From Eledone cirrhosa (Eukaryota), in NCBI GenBank assembly GCA_964016885.1, contig OZ024742.1, positions 374,046,001 through 374,110,000 of the forward strand: a DNA stretch of 64,000 bases. Reading direction: 5' to 3'. A model generated the notes under the pieces. The model was not told where the DNA came from. It searched no databases and saw only the letters and a program-made list of their open reading frames with translations. Every line of letters starts with the position of its first letter. Positions within the stretch are counted from its first letter, which is position 1. A program made the position numbers and the translations under genes. Shown piece by piece: positions 24,300-45,100 of the stretch.

Positions 24300-27200
24300 T
24301 TGCATAGATAACCAATATAACGTATATAACATATAATATTTATAACATATATAACATATATAACTTATAACATATATAATATATAACATATATTGCATAG
24401 ATAACCAATATAACGTATATAACATATAACATATATAACATATAAAATATAGCATGCATAACATATATAACATTTAACATGTATAACATACATAACATTT
24501 ATAACATATATAAAATATAACATATATAATATATAACATATATAACATATAGAACATATAACATATATAATATATATAACATATATAACATATAAAATAT
24601 ATAACATATATAACATATAACATATATAATATATAACATATAACATATATAACATATATAATATATAACATATATAACATATATAACATAAATATAACAT
24701 ATATAACATATAATATATAACGTATATAACATATATAACATTTAACATATAATATATATAACATATATAACATATAACATATAACATATATAATATATAA
24801 CATATATAACACATATAACATATATGAAATATAACGTATATAATATAAAACATGTATAACATATAACATATATAACATATGACATATATAACATATATAA
24901 CATATATAGCATATATAATATATAACATATATAACATATAACATATAACATATATAACTTATATAACATTTAACATATAATATATATAATATATATAACA
25001 TATAACATATAACATATATAACATATAACATATAACATATATAACATATAACATATGTAACATATATAACATATAACATATATAACATACAACATATATA
25101 ACATATATAACATATATAAAATATATAACATATAACATATAACATATAACATATATAACATATATAATATATAACATATATAACATATATAATATATATA
25201 ACATATATAACATATATAACATATATAACATATAATATATATAATGTATAACATATATAATATATATAACATATATAACATACAACATATATGACATATA
25301 TAACAAATATAACATATATAACATATATAACATATATAACATATATAACATATAACATATAACATATATAACATATATAACATATAACATATAAAATATA
25401 TATAACATATATAATATATATAACATATATTACATATATAACATATATAACATATATAACATATATAGCATATAACATATATAACATATAACATATAACA
25501 TATATAACATATATAACATATATTATATATAAAACATATAACATATATAACATATATAATATATAACATATATAACATATAACATATATAATATATATAA
25601 CATATATAACATATCACATATATAATATATATAACATATAACATATATAATATATAACATATATAACATATAACATATATTACATATATAATATATAAGA
25701 TATATAACATATATAACATATATAACATATAACATATATAATATATAAAATATATAACATATATAATATATATAACATGTATAACATATAACATATATAT
25801 AACATGTATAACATATAATATATAACATATAACATATATAACAGATATAATATATAACATATAACATACGTAATATATAACATATATAAAATATATATCA
25901 TATAACATATATAACATATATAACATATAACATATATAATATATATTATTTATAACATATAGAACATATAACATATATAATATATATAACATATATAACA
26001 TATGACATATATAACATATATAACATATAACATATATAATATATAACATATATAACATATAACATATATAAGATATATAATATATAACATATATATAACA
26101 TATATAACATATAACATATATATAACATATATAACACAGAATATTTAACATATAACATATATAACATATATAATATATAACATATAAGATAGATAATATA
26201 TAACATATATAACATATAACATATATAAGATATATAACATATATAATATATAACATATATAACATATAGAACATATAACATATATAACATGTGACATATA
26301 TAAAATATATAACATATAACATATATAAAATATAACATATATAATATATAACATATGTAACATATATAACATATAACATATATATAACATATATAACATA
26401 TATAACATATAAAACATATAACATATAACATATATAACATATATAACATAAAATATATATAACATACAACATATATAACATATAGAACATATAACATATA
26501 TAAATTATATAACATATATAACATATAACATATAACATATATAAAATGTATAATATATAACATATAACTTATAACATATATAACATATATAATGTATATA
26601 ACATATAACATATAACATATATAATATATATAACATATATAACATGTATAACATGTATAACATATAACATATATAACATATAACATATATAATATATATA
26701 ACATATATAAAATACAACATATATAACATATATAACATATATAACATATATAACATATATAATATATATAACATATATAACATATATAACACATATAACA
26801 TATAATATATATAATGTATAACATATATAATATATATAACATATATAACATACAACATATATAACATATATAACATATATAACATATAACATATATAACA
26901 TATATAACATATAACATATATAACATACAACATATATAACACATATAATATATATAACATATAACATACATAACATATATAACATATATAACATATCACA
27001 TATATAACATATGTAACATATATAACATATAACATATATAATATATATAACATATATAACATATACTATATATAACATATAACATATATAATATATAACA
27101 TATATAACATATAACATAACATATATAACATATATAATATATAATATATAACATATAACATATATAACATATATAATATATATAACATATATAACATATA

Positions 27201-30190
27201 TAACATATATAACATATAACATATAACATATATAACATATAACATATATAACATATATAACATATATAACATATATAACATATAACATATAACATATATA
27301 ACATATAACATATAACATATATAACATATAACATATAATATTTATAACATATATAACATATATAACTTATAACATATATAATATATAACATATATTGCAT
27401 AGATAACCATTATAACGTATATAACATATAATATTTATAACATATATAACATATATAACTTATAACATATATAATATATAACATATATTGCATAGATAAC
27501 CAATATAACGTATATAACATATAACATATATAACATATAAAATATAGCATGCATAACATATATAACATTTAACATGTATAACATACATAACATTTATAAC
27601 ATATATAAAATATAACATATATAATATATAACATATATAACATATAGAACATATAACATATATAATATATATAACATATATAACATATAAAATATATAAC
27701 ATATATAACATATAACATATATAATATATAACATATAACATATATAACATATATAATATATAACATATATAACATATATAACATAAATATAACATATATA
27801 ACATATAATATATAACGTATATAACATATATAACATTTAACATATAATATATATGACATATATAACATATAACATATAACATATATAATATATAACATAT
27901 ATAACACATATAACATATATGAAATATAACGTATATAATATAAAACATGTATAACATATAACATATATAACATATGACATATATAACATATATAACATAT
28001 ATAGCATATATAATATATAACATATATAACATATAACATATAACATATATAACTTATATAACATTTAACATATAATATATATAACATATATAACATATAA
28101 CATATAACATATATAACATATAACATATAACATATATAACATATAACATATGTAACATATATAACATATAACATATATAACATACAACATATATAACATA
28201 TATAACATATATAAAATATATAACATATAACATATAACATATAACATATATAACATATATAATATATAACATATATAACATATATAATATATATAACATA
28301 TATAACATATATAACATATATAACATATAATATATATAATGTATAACATATATAATATATATAACATATATAACATACCACATATATGACATATATAACA
28401 AATATAACATATATAACATATATAACATATATAACATATATAACATATAACATATAACATATATAACATATATAACATATAACATATAAAATATATATAA
28501 CATATATAATATATATAACATATATTACATATATAACATATATAACATATATAACATATATAGCATATAACATATATAACATATAACATATAACATATAT
28601 AACATATATAACATATATTATATATAAAACATATAACATATATAACATATATAATATATAACATATATAACATATAACATATATAATATATATAACATAT
28701 ATAACATATCACATATATAATATATATAACATATAACATATATAATATATAACATATATAACATATAACATATATTACATATATAATATATAAGATATAT
28801 AACATATATAACATATATAACATATAACATATATAATATATAAAATATATAACATATATAATATATATAACATGTATAACATATAACATATATATAACAT
28901 GTATAACATATAATATATAACATATAACATATATAACAGATATAATATATAACATATAACATACGTAATATATAACATATATAAAATATATATCATATAA
29001 CATATATAACATATATAACATATAACATATATAATATATATTATTTATAACATATAGAACATATAACATATATAATATATATAACATATATAACATATGA
29101 CATATATAACATATATAACATATAACATATATAATATATAACATATATAACATATAACATATATAAGATATATAATATATAACATATATATAACATATAT
29201 AACATATAACATATATATAACATATATAACACAGAATATTTAACATATAACATATATAACATATATAATATATAACATATAAGATAGATAATATATAACA
29301 TATATAACATATAACATATATAAGATATATAACATATATAATATATAACATATATAACATATAGAACATATAACATATATAACATGTGACATATATAAAA
29401 TATATAACATATAACATATATAAAATATAACATATATAATATATAACATATGTAACATATATAACATATAACATATATATAACATATATAACATATATAA
29501 CATATAAAACATATAACATATAACATATATAACATATATAACATAAAATATATATAACATACAACATATATAACATATAGAACATATAACATATATAAAT
29601 TATATAACATATATAACATATAACATATAACATATATAAAATGTATAATATATAACATATAACTTATAACATATATAACATATATAATGTATATAACATA
29701 TAACATATAACATATATAATATATATAACATATATAACATGTATAACATGTATAACATATAACATATATAACATATAACATATATAATATATATAACATA
29801 TATAAAATACAACATATATAACATATATAACATATATAACATATATAACATATATAATATATATAACATATATAACATATATAACACATATAACATATAA
29901 TATATATAATGTATAACATATATAATATATATAACATATATAACATACAACATATATAACATATATAACATATATAACATATAACATATATAACATATAT
30001 AACATATAACATATATAACATACAACATATATAACACATATAATATATATAACATATAACATACATAACATATATAACATATATAACATATCACATATAT
30101 AACATATGTAACATATATAACATATAACATATATAATATATATAACATATATAACATATACTATATATAACATATAACATATATAATATA
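24300..30190. repeat. Near-perfect tandem duplication with a 3095-bp offset
   Basis: Near-identical ORFs at 24365/27460, 24970/28065, 25946/29041 and 26505/29600. Markers TGCATAGATAACC and CACAGAATATTT repeat at the same offset. Confidence 0.9.
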
Positions 30191-33100
30191 TAACATATAC
30201 AACATATAACATATATATAACATATATAACATATAACATATAACATATATAACATATATAATATATATAACATATAACATATATAATATATAACATATAT
30301 AATATATATAACATATATAACATATAGAAAATATAACATATATAACATATATAACATATATAACATATAACATATATCACATATATAACATATAACATAT
30401 ATAATATATAGCATATTTATCATATATAACATATATAACATATATAGCATATAGCATATATAACATATAACATATAACATATAACATATAACATATATAA
30501 CATATATAACATATATAACATATATAACATATAGAACATATAACATATATAACATATAACATATATAAGATATATAATATATAACATATATATAACATAT
30601 ATAACATATAACATATATATAACATATATAACACAGAATATTTAACATATAACATATATAACATATATAATATATAACATATAAGATAGATAATATATAA
30701 CATATATAACATATAACATATATAAGATATATAACATATATAATATATAACATATATAACATATAGAACATATAACATATATAACATGTGACATATATAA
30801 AATATATAACATATAACATATATAAAATATAACATATATAATATATAACATATGTAACATATATAACATATAACATATATATAACATATATAACATATAT
30901 AACATATAAAACATATAACATATAACATGTATAACATATAGCGTATATAATATATAACATATATAACATATAACATATATAACATATATAACATAAAATA
31001 TATATAACATACAACATATATAACATATAGAACATATAACATATATAAAATATATAACATATATAACATATAACATATAACATATATAAAATATATAATA
31101 TATAACATATAACATATAACATATATAACATATATAATGTATATAACATATAACATATAACATATATAACATATATAATATATATAACATATATAACATG
31201 TATAACATGTATAACATATAACATATATAACATATAACATATATAATATATATAACATATATAAAATACAACATATATAACATATATAACATATATAACA
31301 TATATAACATATATAATATATATAACATATATAACATATATAACACATATAACATATAATATATATAATGTATAACATATATAATATATATAACATATAT
31401 AACATACGACATATATAACATATATAACATATATAATATATATAACATATATAATATATAACATATAACATATAACATGTATAACATATAACATATATAA
31501 CATATAGAATATATAACATATAAAACATATATAACATATATAATATATATAACATATATAACATATAATATATAACATATAACATATATAACATATATAA
31601 TATATAACATATAACATACGTAATATATAACATATATAACATATATAACGTATATAATATATAACATATATAACATATATAACATATAACATATATAACA
31701 TATATAATATATATAGCATATAACATAGATAACATATGACATATAACATACATAACATATATAAAATATATAACATATATAACACATATAACATATAACA
31801 TATATAACATACAACATATATTACATATATAACATATATAACATATAACATATAACATATATAGCATACATAATATATAACATATAACATATATAATATA
31901 TAACATATATAACATGTAACATATATAACATATATAATATGTAACATATATAACATATAACATATAACATATATAACATATATAATATATAACATATATA
32001 ACATATATAATATATATAACATATATAACATACAACATATATAACATATATAACATATATAACATATATAACATATAACATATATCATATATAACATATA
32101 TAACATATAACATATAAAACATATATAACATATATAACATATATAATATATATAACATATATAATATATATAACATATAAAACATATATAACATATATAA
32201 CATATATCACATATATAACATTTATAGCATATAACATATATAACATACATAACATATAGAACATAAAACATATATATAACATATATAACATATAACATAT
32301 ATAATATATAACATATATAACATATAGAACATATAACATATATAATATATATAACATATATAACATATCACATATATAATATATATAACATATAACATAT
32401 ATAATATATAACATATATAACATATAACATATATAACATATATAATATATAACATATATAACATATATAACTTATATAACATATAACATATATGATATAT
32501 AACATATATAACATATATAACATATATAAAATATAACATATATAACATATATAACATATATAATATATATAACATGTATAACATATAACATATATAACAT
32601 ATAATATATAACATATAACATATATAATATATAACATATAACATACGTAATATATAACATATATAACATATATAACATATATAATATATAACATATTTAA
32701 CATATAACATATATAACATATATAACATATAACATATATAATATATATTATTTATAACATATAGAACATATAACATATAATATATATAACATATATAATA
32801 TATGACATATATAACACATATAACATATAACATACATAATATATAACGTATATAACATATAACATATTTATAACATATATAACACATAATATTTAACATA
32901 TAACATGTATAACATATATAATATATAACACATAACATATATAATATATAACATATATAACATATAACATATATAACATATATAACATATATAATATATA
33001 ACATATATAACATATAGAACATATAACATTTATAATATATATAACATATATAACATGTGACATATATAACATATATAACATATAACATATATAATATATA

Positions 33101-36100
33101 ACATATATAATATATAACATATATAAGATCTAACATATATAACATATATAATATATAACATATGTAACATATATAACATATAACATATATATAACATATA
33201 TAACATATAATATATAACATATATAACATATAAAACATATAACATATAACATATATAACATATATAACATATAACATATATGACATATATTACATATATA
33301 ACATATAACATATATAACATACAACATATATAATATATATAAAATATATAACATATATAACATATAACATATAACATATAACATATATAAAATATATAAT
33401 ATATAACATATAACATATAACATATATAACATATATAATATATATGACGTATAACATATAACATATATAACATATATAATATATATAACATATATAACAT
33501 GTATAACATATATAACATATAATATATATAACATATGACATATAAAATATATATAACATATATAACATAAAACATATATAACATATATAACATATATAAC
33601 ATATATAACATATATAATATATATAACATATATAACATACATAACATATATAACATATATCACATATATAACATATAAAACATATATAACATATACCATA
33701 TAAAACATATATAACATATATAACATATATAACATATATAACATATATGACATATGTAACATATATAACATATATAGCATATAACATATATAACATATAT
33801 AACATATAACATATATAGCATATATAACATATATAACATATAGAACATATAACATATATAACATATATAACATATATAACATATAACATATATAACATAT
33901 ATAACATAAAACATATATAACATACAACATATATAACATATATAATATATATAACATATAACATATATAACATATATAACATATATAACATATAACATAT
34001 ATAACATATTTAACATATATAACATATAACATATATAATATATAAAATATATAACATATATAACATATATAACAGATATAGTATATAAAATATATAACAT
34101 ATATAACATATAACATATAAAACATATATAACATATATAAAATATAACATATATAACATATATAACATATATAATATATGTCACATATATAACATATATA
34201 ACATATATAACATATATAACATATTACATATATAATATATATAACATATAACATATATAACATATATAACATATAACATATATAACAACATATATAACAT
34301 ATATAACATATATAACATATATAATATATAACATATATAACATATATAACATATATAACATATAACATATAACATATATAACATACAACATATAACATAT
34401 AACATATAACATATATAACATATATAATATATAACATATAACATATAACATATAACATATAACATATATAACATATATCACATATAACATATAACATATA
34501 TAACATATATAACATATAACATATATAACATATAAAATATAACATATATAACATATAACATATAACATATAACATATATAACATATATAATATATATAGC
34601 ATATATAACATATATAACATATATAACATATAACATATAACATATAACATATAACATATATAAAATATATAATATATAACATATAACATATAACATATAT
34701 AACATATATAATATATATGACGTATAACATATAACATATATAACATATATAATATATATAACATATATAACATGTATAACATATATAACATATAATATAT
34801 ATAACATATGACATATATAATATATATAACATATATAACATAAAACATATATAACATATATAACATATATAACATATATAACATATATAATATATATAAC
34901 ATATATAACATACATAACATATATAACATATATCACATATATAACATATAACATATAAAACATATATAACATATAACATATATAACATATATCACATATA
35001 TAACATATATAACATATATAACATATACCATATAAAACATATATAACATATATAACATATATAACATATATAACATATATAACATATATGACATATGTAA
35101 TATATATAACATATATAGCATATAACATATATAACATATATAACATATAACATATATAGCATATATAAGATATATAACATATAGAACATATAACATATAT
35201 AACATATATAACATATATAACATATAACATATATAACATATATAACATATAACATATATAACATACAACATATATAACATATATAATATATATAATATAT
35301 AACATATATAACATATATAACATATATAACATATAACATATATAACATATTTAACATATATAACATATAACATATATAATATATAAAATATATAACATAT
35401 ATAACATATATAACATATATAGTATATAAAATATATAACATATATAACATATAACATATAAAACATATATAACATATATAAAATATAACATATATAACAT
35501 ATATAACATATATAATATATATCACATATATAACATATATAACATATATAACATATATAACATATTACATATATAATATATATAACATATAACATATATA
35601 ACATATATAACATATAACATATATAACAAGATATATAACATATATAACATATATAATATATAACATATATAACATATATAACATATATAACATATAACAT
35701 ATAACATATATAACATACAACATATAACATATAACATATAACATATATAACATATATAATATATAACATATAACATATAACATATAACATATAACATATA
35801 TAACATATATCACATATAACATATAACATATATAACATATATAACATATAACATATATAACATATAAAACATAACATATATAACATATAACATATAACAT
35901 ATAACATATATAACATATATAATATATATAGCATATATAACATATATAACATATATAACATATAACATATAACATATAACATATAACATATATATCATAT
36001 AACATATATAACATATATAACATATATAACATATAATATATAACATATATAACATATAACATATATAACATATATAACATATATAACATATATAACATAT

Positions 36101-39100
36101 ATAACATATAACATATAATATATATATAACATATATAATATATATAGCATATAACATAGATAACATATGACATATAACATACATAACATATATAAGATTT
36201 AACATATATAACACATATAACATATAACATATCTAACATACAACATATATAACATATATAACATATAACCTATAACATATATAGCATACATAATATATAA
36301 CATATAACATATATAATATATAACATATATAACATATAACATATATAACATATATAATATGTAACATATATAACATATATAACATATAACATATATAACA
36401 TATATAAAATATAACATATATAATATATAACATATATAACATATATATGACATATATAACATATAATATATAACATATATAACATATATAACATATAACA
36501 TATATAATATATAAAACATATATAACATATATAACATATATAACATATAAAACATATATAACATATATAACATTTATGACATATATAAAATATATAGCAT
36601 ATAACATATATAACATATAACATATATAATATATAACATATATAACATATAGAACATATGACATATATAATATATATAACATATATAACATATAACGTAT
36701 ATGCCATATATAATTATAACATATATAATATATAACATATATAACATATATAACATATATAACATATATAACATATAACATATATAACATATAACATATA
36801 TAACAACATATAAAACATATATAACATATATAACATATATAATATATAACATATATAACATATATAACATATATAACATGTAACATATAACATATAACAT
36901 ATATAACATATAACATATATAACATATATAACATATAACATATAACATATAACATATATAACATATATAATATATAACATATAACATATAACATATATAA
37001 CATATAACATATAACATATATAACATATGACATATATAACATATATAACAAATAACATATCACATATAAAATATATAACATATATAATATAAAACATATA
37101 ACCTATAACATATATAACATATATCATATATATAACATATATAACATATATAACATATATAACATATAACATATATAACATATATAATATATAACATATA
37201 TAACATATAATATATATAATGTATAACATATATAATATATATAACATGTATAACATACAACATATATAACATATATAAAATATATAACATATATAACATA
37301 TGACATATATAACATATACAACATATATAACATATAACAAATAAAACATATATAACATATTTAACATATACAACATATATAACATATATAACATATGTAA
37401 CATATAAAACATATATAAAATATATAACATATATAACATATATAACATATAACATATATATAACATATATAACATATAATATATAACATATATAACATAT
37501 ATAACATATATAACATATAACATATATATAACATATATAACATATAATATATAACATATATAACATATATAACATATATAACATATAACATATATAATAT
37601 ATAACATATATAACATATATAACATATATCACATATATAACATATAACATATATAGTATATAACATATATAACATACAACATATATAACATATATAACAT
37701 ATATAACATATATGACATATAACATATATAACATATTTAACATATATAACATATAACATATATAATATATAACGTATATAACATGTAGAACATATGACAT
37801 ATATAATATATATAACATATATAACATATAACGTATATGACACATATAATTATAACATTTATAATATATAACATATATAACATATATAACATATATAAGA
37901 TATATAACATATAACATATATAACAACATATATAACATATATAACATATATAACATATATAATATATAACATATATAACATATATAACATATATAACATT
38001 TAACATATAACATATAACATATATAACATATAACATATACAGCATATATAAAATATATAACATATAACATATAACATATATAACATATATAATATATAAC
38101 ATATAACATATAACATATATAACATAGCATATAACAGATATAACATATAACATATATAACATATATAACATATAACATATCACATATAACATATATAACA
38201 TATATAATATATAACATATAACATATAACATATATGACATATATAATATATATAACATATATAACATATATAAAATATATAGCATATAACATATATAACT
38301 TATAACGTATAACATATATAAGATATATAACATATAGTACATATAACATATGTATAACATATATAATATATATATAACATATATAACATATATAACATAT
38401 ATAACATAGAACATATATAATATATAACATATAGAATATATAACATATATAATACATATAACATATATAACATATCACTTATATAATATATATAACATAT
38501 AACATATATAATATATCACATATATAACATATAACATATATGACATATAACATATATATAACATATATAACATATAATATATAGCATATATAACATATAT
38601 AACATATATAACATATAACATATATAATATATAACATATATAACATATATAACATATATAACATATATAACATATAACATATATAATATATAACATATAT
38701 AACATATAACATATATAACATATATAACATATATAATATATATAGCATATAACATATATAACATATATAACATATATAACATATAACATATATAACATAT
38801 ATAACATATATAACATATATAACATATAACATATAATATATATATAACATATATAATATATATAGCATATAACATGGATAACATATGACATATAACATAC
38901 ATAACATATATAACATTTAACATATATAACACATATAAAATATAACATATCTAACATACAACATATATAACATATATAACATATAACCTATAACATATAT
39001 AGCATACATAATATATAACATATAACATATATAATATATAACATATATAACATATAACATATATAACATATATAATATGTAACATATATAACATATATAA

Positions 39101-42100
39101 CATATAACATATATAACATATATAAAATATATCATATATAATATATAACATATATAACATATAACATATATATGACATATATAACATATAATATATAACA
39201 TATATAACATATATAACATAAACATATATAATATATAAAACATATATAACATATATAACATATATAACATATAAAACATATATAACATATATAACATTTA
39301 TAACATATATAAAATATATAGCATATAACATATATAACATATAACATATATAATATATAACATATATAACATATAGAACATATGACATATATAATATATA
39401 TAACATATATAACATATAACTTATATGCCATATATAATTATAACATATATAATATATAACATATATAACATATATAACATATATAACATATATAACATAT
39501 AACATATATAACATATAACATATATAACAACATATATAACATATATAACATATATAACATATATAATATATAACATATATAACATATATAACATATATAA
39601 CATGTAACATATAACATATAACATATATAACATATAACATATATAACATATATAACATATAACATATATAACATATATAATATATAACATATAACATATA
39701 ACATATATAACATATAACATATAACATATATAACATATAACATATATAACATATATAACAAATAACATATCACATATAACATATATAACATATATAATAT
39801 AAAACATATAACCTATAACATATATAACATATATCATATATATAACATATATAACATATATAACATATATAACATATATAACATATAACATATATAACAT
39901 ATATAATATATAACATATATAACATATAATATATATAATGTATAACATATATAATATATATAACATGTATAACATACAACATATATAACATATATAAAAT
40001 ATATAACATATATAACATATGACATATATAACATATACAACATATATAACATATAACATATAAAACATATATAACATATTTAACATATACAACATATATA
40101 ACATATATAACATATGTAACATATAAAACATATATAAAATATATAACATATATAACATATATAAAATATTTAGCAGATAACATATATAACATATAACATA
40201 TATAATATAAAACATATATAACATATATAACATATATAACATATAACATATATATAACATATATAACATATAATATATAACATATATAACATATATAACA
40301 TATACAACATATAACATTTATAATATATAACATATATAACATATATAACATATATAACATATATCACATATATAACATATAACATATATAGTATATAACA
40401 TATATAACATACAACACATATAACATATATAACATATATAATATATATGACATATAACATATATAACATATTTAACATATATAACATATAACATATATAA
40501 TATATAACGTATATAACATGTAGAACATATGACATATATAATATATATAACATATATAACATATAACGTATATGACACATATAATTATAACATTTATAAT
40601 ATATAACATATATAACATATATAACATATATAAGATATATAACATATAACATATATAACAACATATATAACATATATAACATATATAACATATATAATAT
40701 ATAACATATATAACATATATAACATATATAACATTTAACATATAACATATAACATATATAACATATAACATATACAGCATATATAAAATATATAACATAT
40801 AACATATAACATATATAACATATATAATATATAACATATAACATATAACATATATAACATAACATATAACATATATAACATATAACATATATAACATATA
40901 TAACATATAACATATCACATATAACATATATAACATATATAATATATAACATATAACATATAACATATATAACATATATAATATATATAACATATATAAC
41001 ATATATAACATATATAACATATAACATATATAACATATATAACATATAAAACATATATAACATATATAACATTTATAACATATATAAAATATATAGCATA
41101 TAACATATATAACATATAACGCATAACATATATAAGATATATAACATATAGTACATATAACATATGTATAACATATATAATATATATATAACATATATAA
41201 CATATATAACATAGAACATATATAATATATAACATATAGAACATATAACATATATAATACATATAACATATATAACATATCACTTATATAATATATATAA
41301 CATATAACATATATAATATATCACATATATAACATATAACATATATGACATATAAAATATATATAACATATATAACATATAATATATAGCATATATAACA
41401 TATATAACATATATAACATATAACATATATAATATATAACATATATAACATATATAACATATATAACATATAACATATGTAATATATAACATATATAACA
41501 TATAACATATATAACATATATAACATATATAATATATATAGCATATAACATATATAACATATATAACATATATAACATATAACATATATAACATATATAT
41601 CATATAACATATATAATATATAAAATATATAAAATATATAACATATATAACATATATAGTATATAAAATATATAACATATATAAAATATAACATATATAA
41701 CATATAATATATAACATGCATAACATATTTAACATATAACATATATTACTTGTATAACATATATAAAATATATAACATATGACATATAACATATATAATA
41801 TATAAAGTAAATGACATATAACATATATAACATATATAATATATAACATATATAACATATATAACATATATAACATATAACATATATATAACATATATAA
41901 CATATATAACATATATGACATATAACATATATAATATATAAAGTAAATGACATATAACATATATAACATATATAATATATAACATATATAACATATATAA
42001 CATATATAACATATATAACATATATAACATATATAACATATAACATATATATAACATATATAACATATAATATATAACATATATAATATATATAACATAT

Positions 42101-45100
42101 ATAACATATATAACATATAACATATATAATATATATAACATATATAATATATATAACATATAACATATATAATATATAACATATATAACATATATAACAT
42201 ATATAACATATATCACATATATAACATATAACAGATATAGTATATAACATATATAACATACAACATATATAACATATATAACATATATAACATATATGAC
42301 ATATAACATATATAACATATTTAACATATATAATATATAACATATATAATATATAACATATATAACATGTAGAACATATGACATATATAATATATATAAC
42401 ATATATAACATATAACGTATATGACACATATAATTATAACATTTATAATATATAACATATATAACATATATAACATATATAACATATATAACATATAACA
42501 TATATAACAACATATATAACATATATAACATATATAACATATATAATATATAACATATATAACATATATAACATATATAACATTTAACATATAACATATA
42601 ACATATATAACATATAACATATAACATATACAGCATATATAAAATATATAACATATAACATATAACATATATAACATATATAATATATAACATATAACAT
42701 ATAACATATATAACATAACATATAACATATATAACATATAACATATATAACATATATAACATATAACATATCACATATAACATATATAACATATATAATA
42801 TATAACATATAACATATAACATATATAACATATATAATATATATAACATATATAACATATATAACATATATAACATATAACATATATAACATATATAACA
42901 TATATAACATATATAACATATAAAACATATATAACATATATAACATATATAACATATATAAAATATATAGCATATAACATATATAACATATAACGCATAA
43001 CATATATAAGATATATAACATATAGTACATATAACATATGTATAACATATATAATATATATATAACATATATAACATATATAACATAGAACATATATAAT
43101 ATATAACATATAGAACATATAACATATATAATACATATAACATATATAACATATCACTTATATAATATATATAACATATAACATATATAATATATCACAT
43201 ATATAACATATAACTTATATGACATATAACATATATATAACATATATATCATATAATATATAGCATATATAACATATATAACATATATAACATATCAGAT
43301 ATATAATATATAACATATATAACATATATAACATATATAACATATAACATATATAATATATAACATATATAACATATAACATATATAACATATATAACAT
43401 ATATAATATATATAGCATATAACATATATAACATATATAACATATATAACATATAACATATATAACATATATATCATATATAGTATATAAAATATATAAT
43501 ATATATAAAATATAACATATATAACATATAATATATAACATGCATAACATATTTAACATATAACATATATAACTTGTATAACATATATAAAATATATAAC
43601 ATATGACATATAACATATATAATATATAAGGTAAATGACATATAACATATATAACCTATATAATATATGACATATATAACATATATAACATATATAACAT
43701 ATATAACATATATAACATATAACATATATATAATATATATAACATATATAACATATATGACATATAACATATATAATATATAAAGTAAATGACATATAAC
43801 ATATATAACATATATAACATATAACATATATAACATATATAACATATATAACATATATAACATATAACATATATATAACATATATAACATATAATATATA
43901 ACATATATAACATATATAACATATATAACATATATAACATATAACATATATAATATATATAACATATATAATATATATAGCATATAACATAGATAACATA
44001 TGACATATAACATATATAACATATATAATATAAAACATATAACATATAACATATATAACATATAACATATAACGTATATAACATATAACATATATAACAT
44101 ATATAACAAATAACATATAACATATAACATATATAACATATATAATATAAAACATATAACATATAACATATATAACATATAACATATATAATATATATAA
44201 CATATATAATATATATAACATATATAACATATAACATATAACATATATAATATATAACATATATAACATATAATATAAATAATGTATAACATATATAATA
44301 TATATAACATGTATAACATACAACATATATCACATATATAAAATATATAACATATATAACATATGACATATATAACATGTACAACATATATAACATATAA
44401 CATATAAAACATATATAACATATTTAACATATATAACATATATAACATATATAACATATGTAAGATATAAAACATATGTAAAATATATAACATATATAAC
44501 ATATATAAAATATATAGCATATAACATATATAACATATAACATATATAATATATAACATATATAACATATATAACATATATAACATATGTAAGATATAAA
44601 ACATATGTAAAATATATAACATATATAACATATATAAAATATATAGCATATAACATATATAACATATAACATATATAATATATAACATATATAACATATA
44701 TAACATATATAACATATAACATATATATAAGAAATATAACATATACTATATAACATATATAACATATATAACATATAACATATATAACATATATAACATA
44801 TATAACATATATATCATATATCACATATATAACATATAACATATCTAGTATATAACATATATAACATACAACATATATAACATATATAACATATATAACA
44901 TATATAACATATAACATATATAACATATATAACATATATAACATATAACATATATAATATATAACATATATAACATATAGAACATATATAACATATATAA
45001 CATATATAACATATAAAATATATAACAACATATAATATATATAACATATATAACATATAACGTATATGACATATATAATTATAACATATAACATATATAA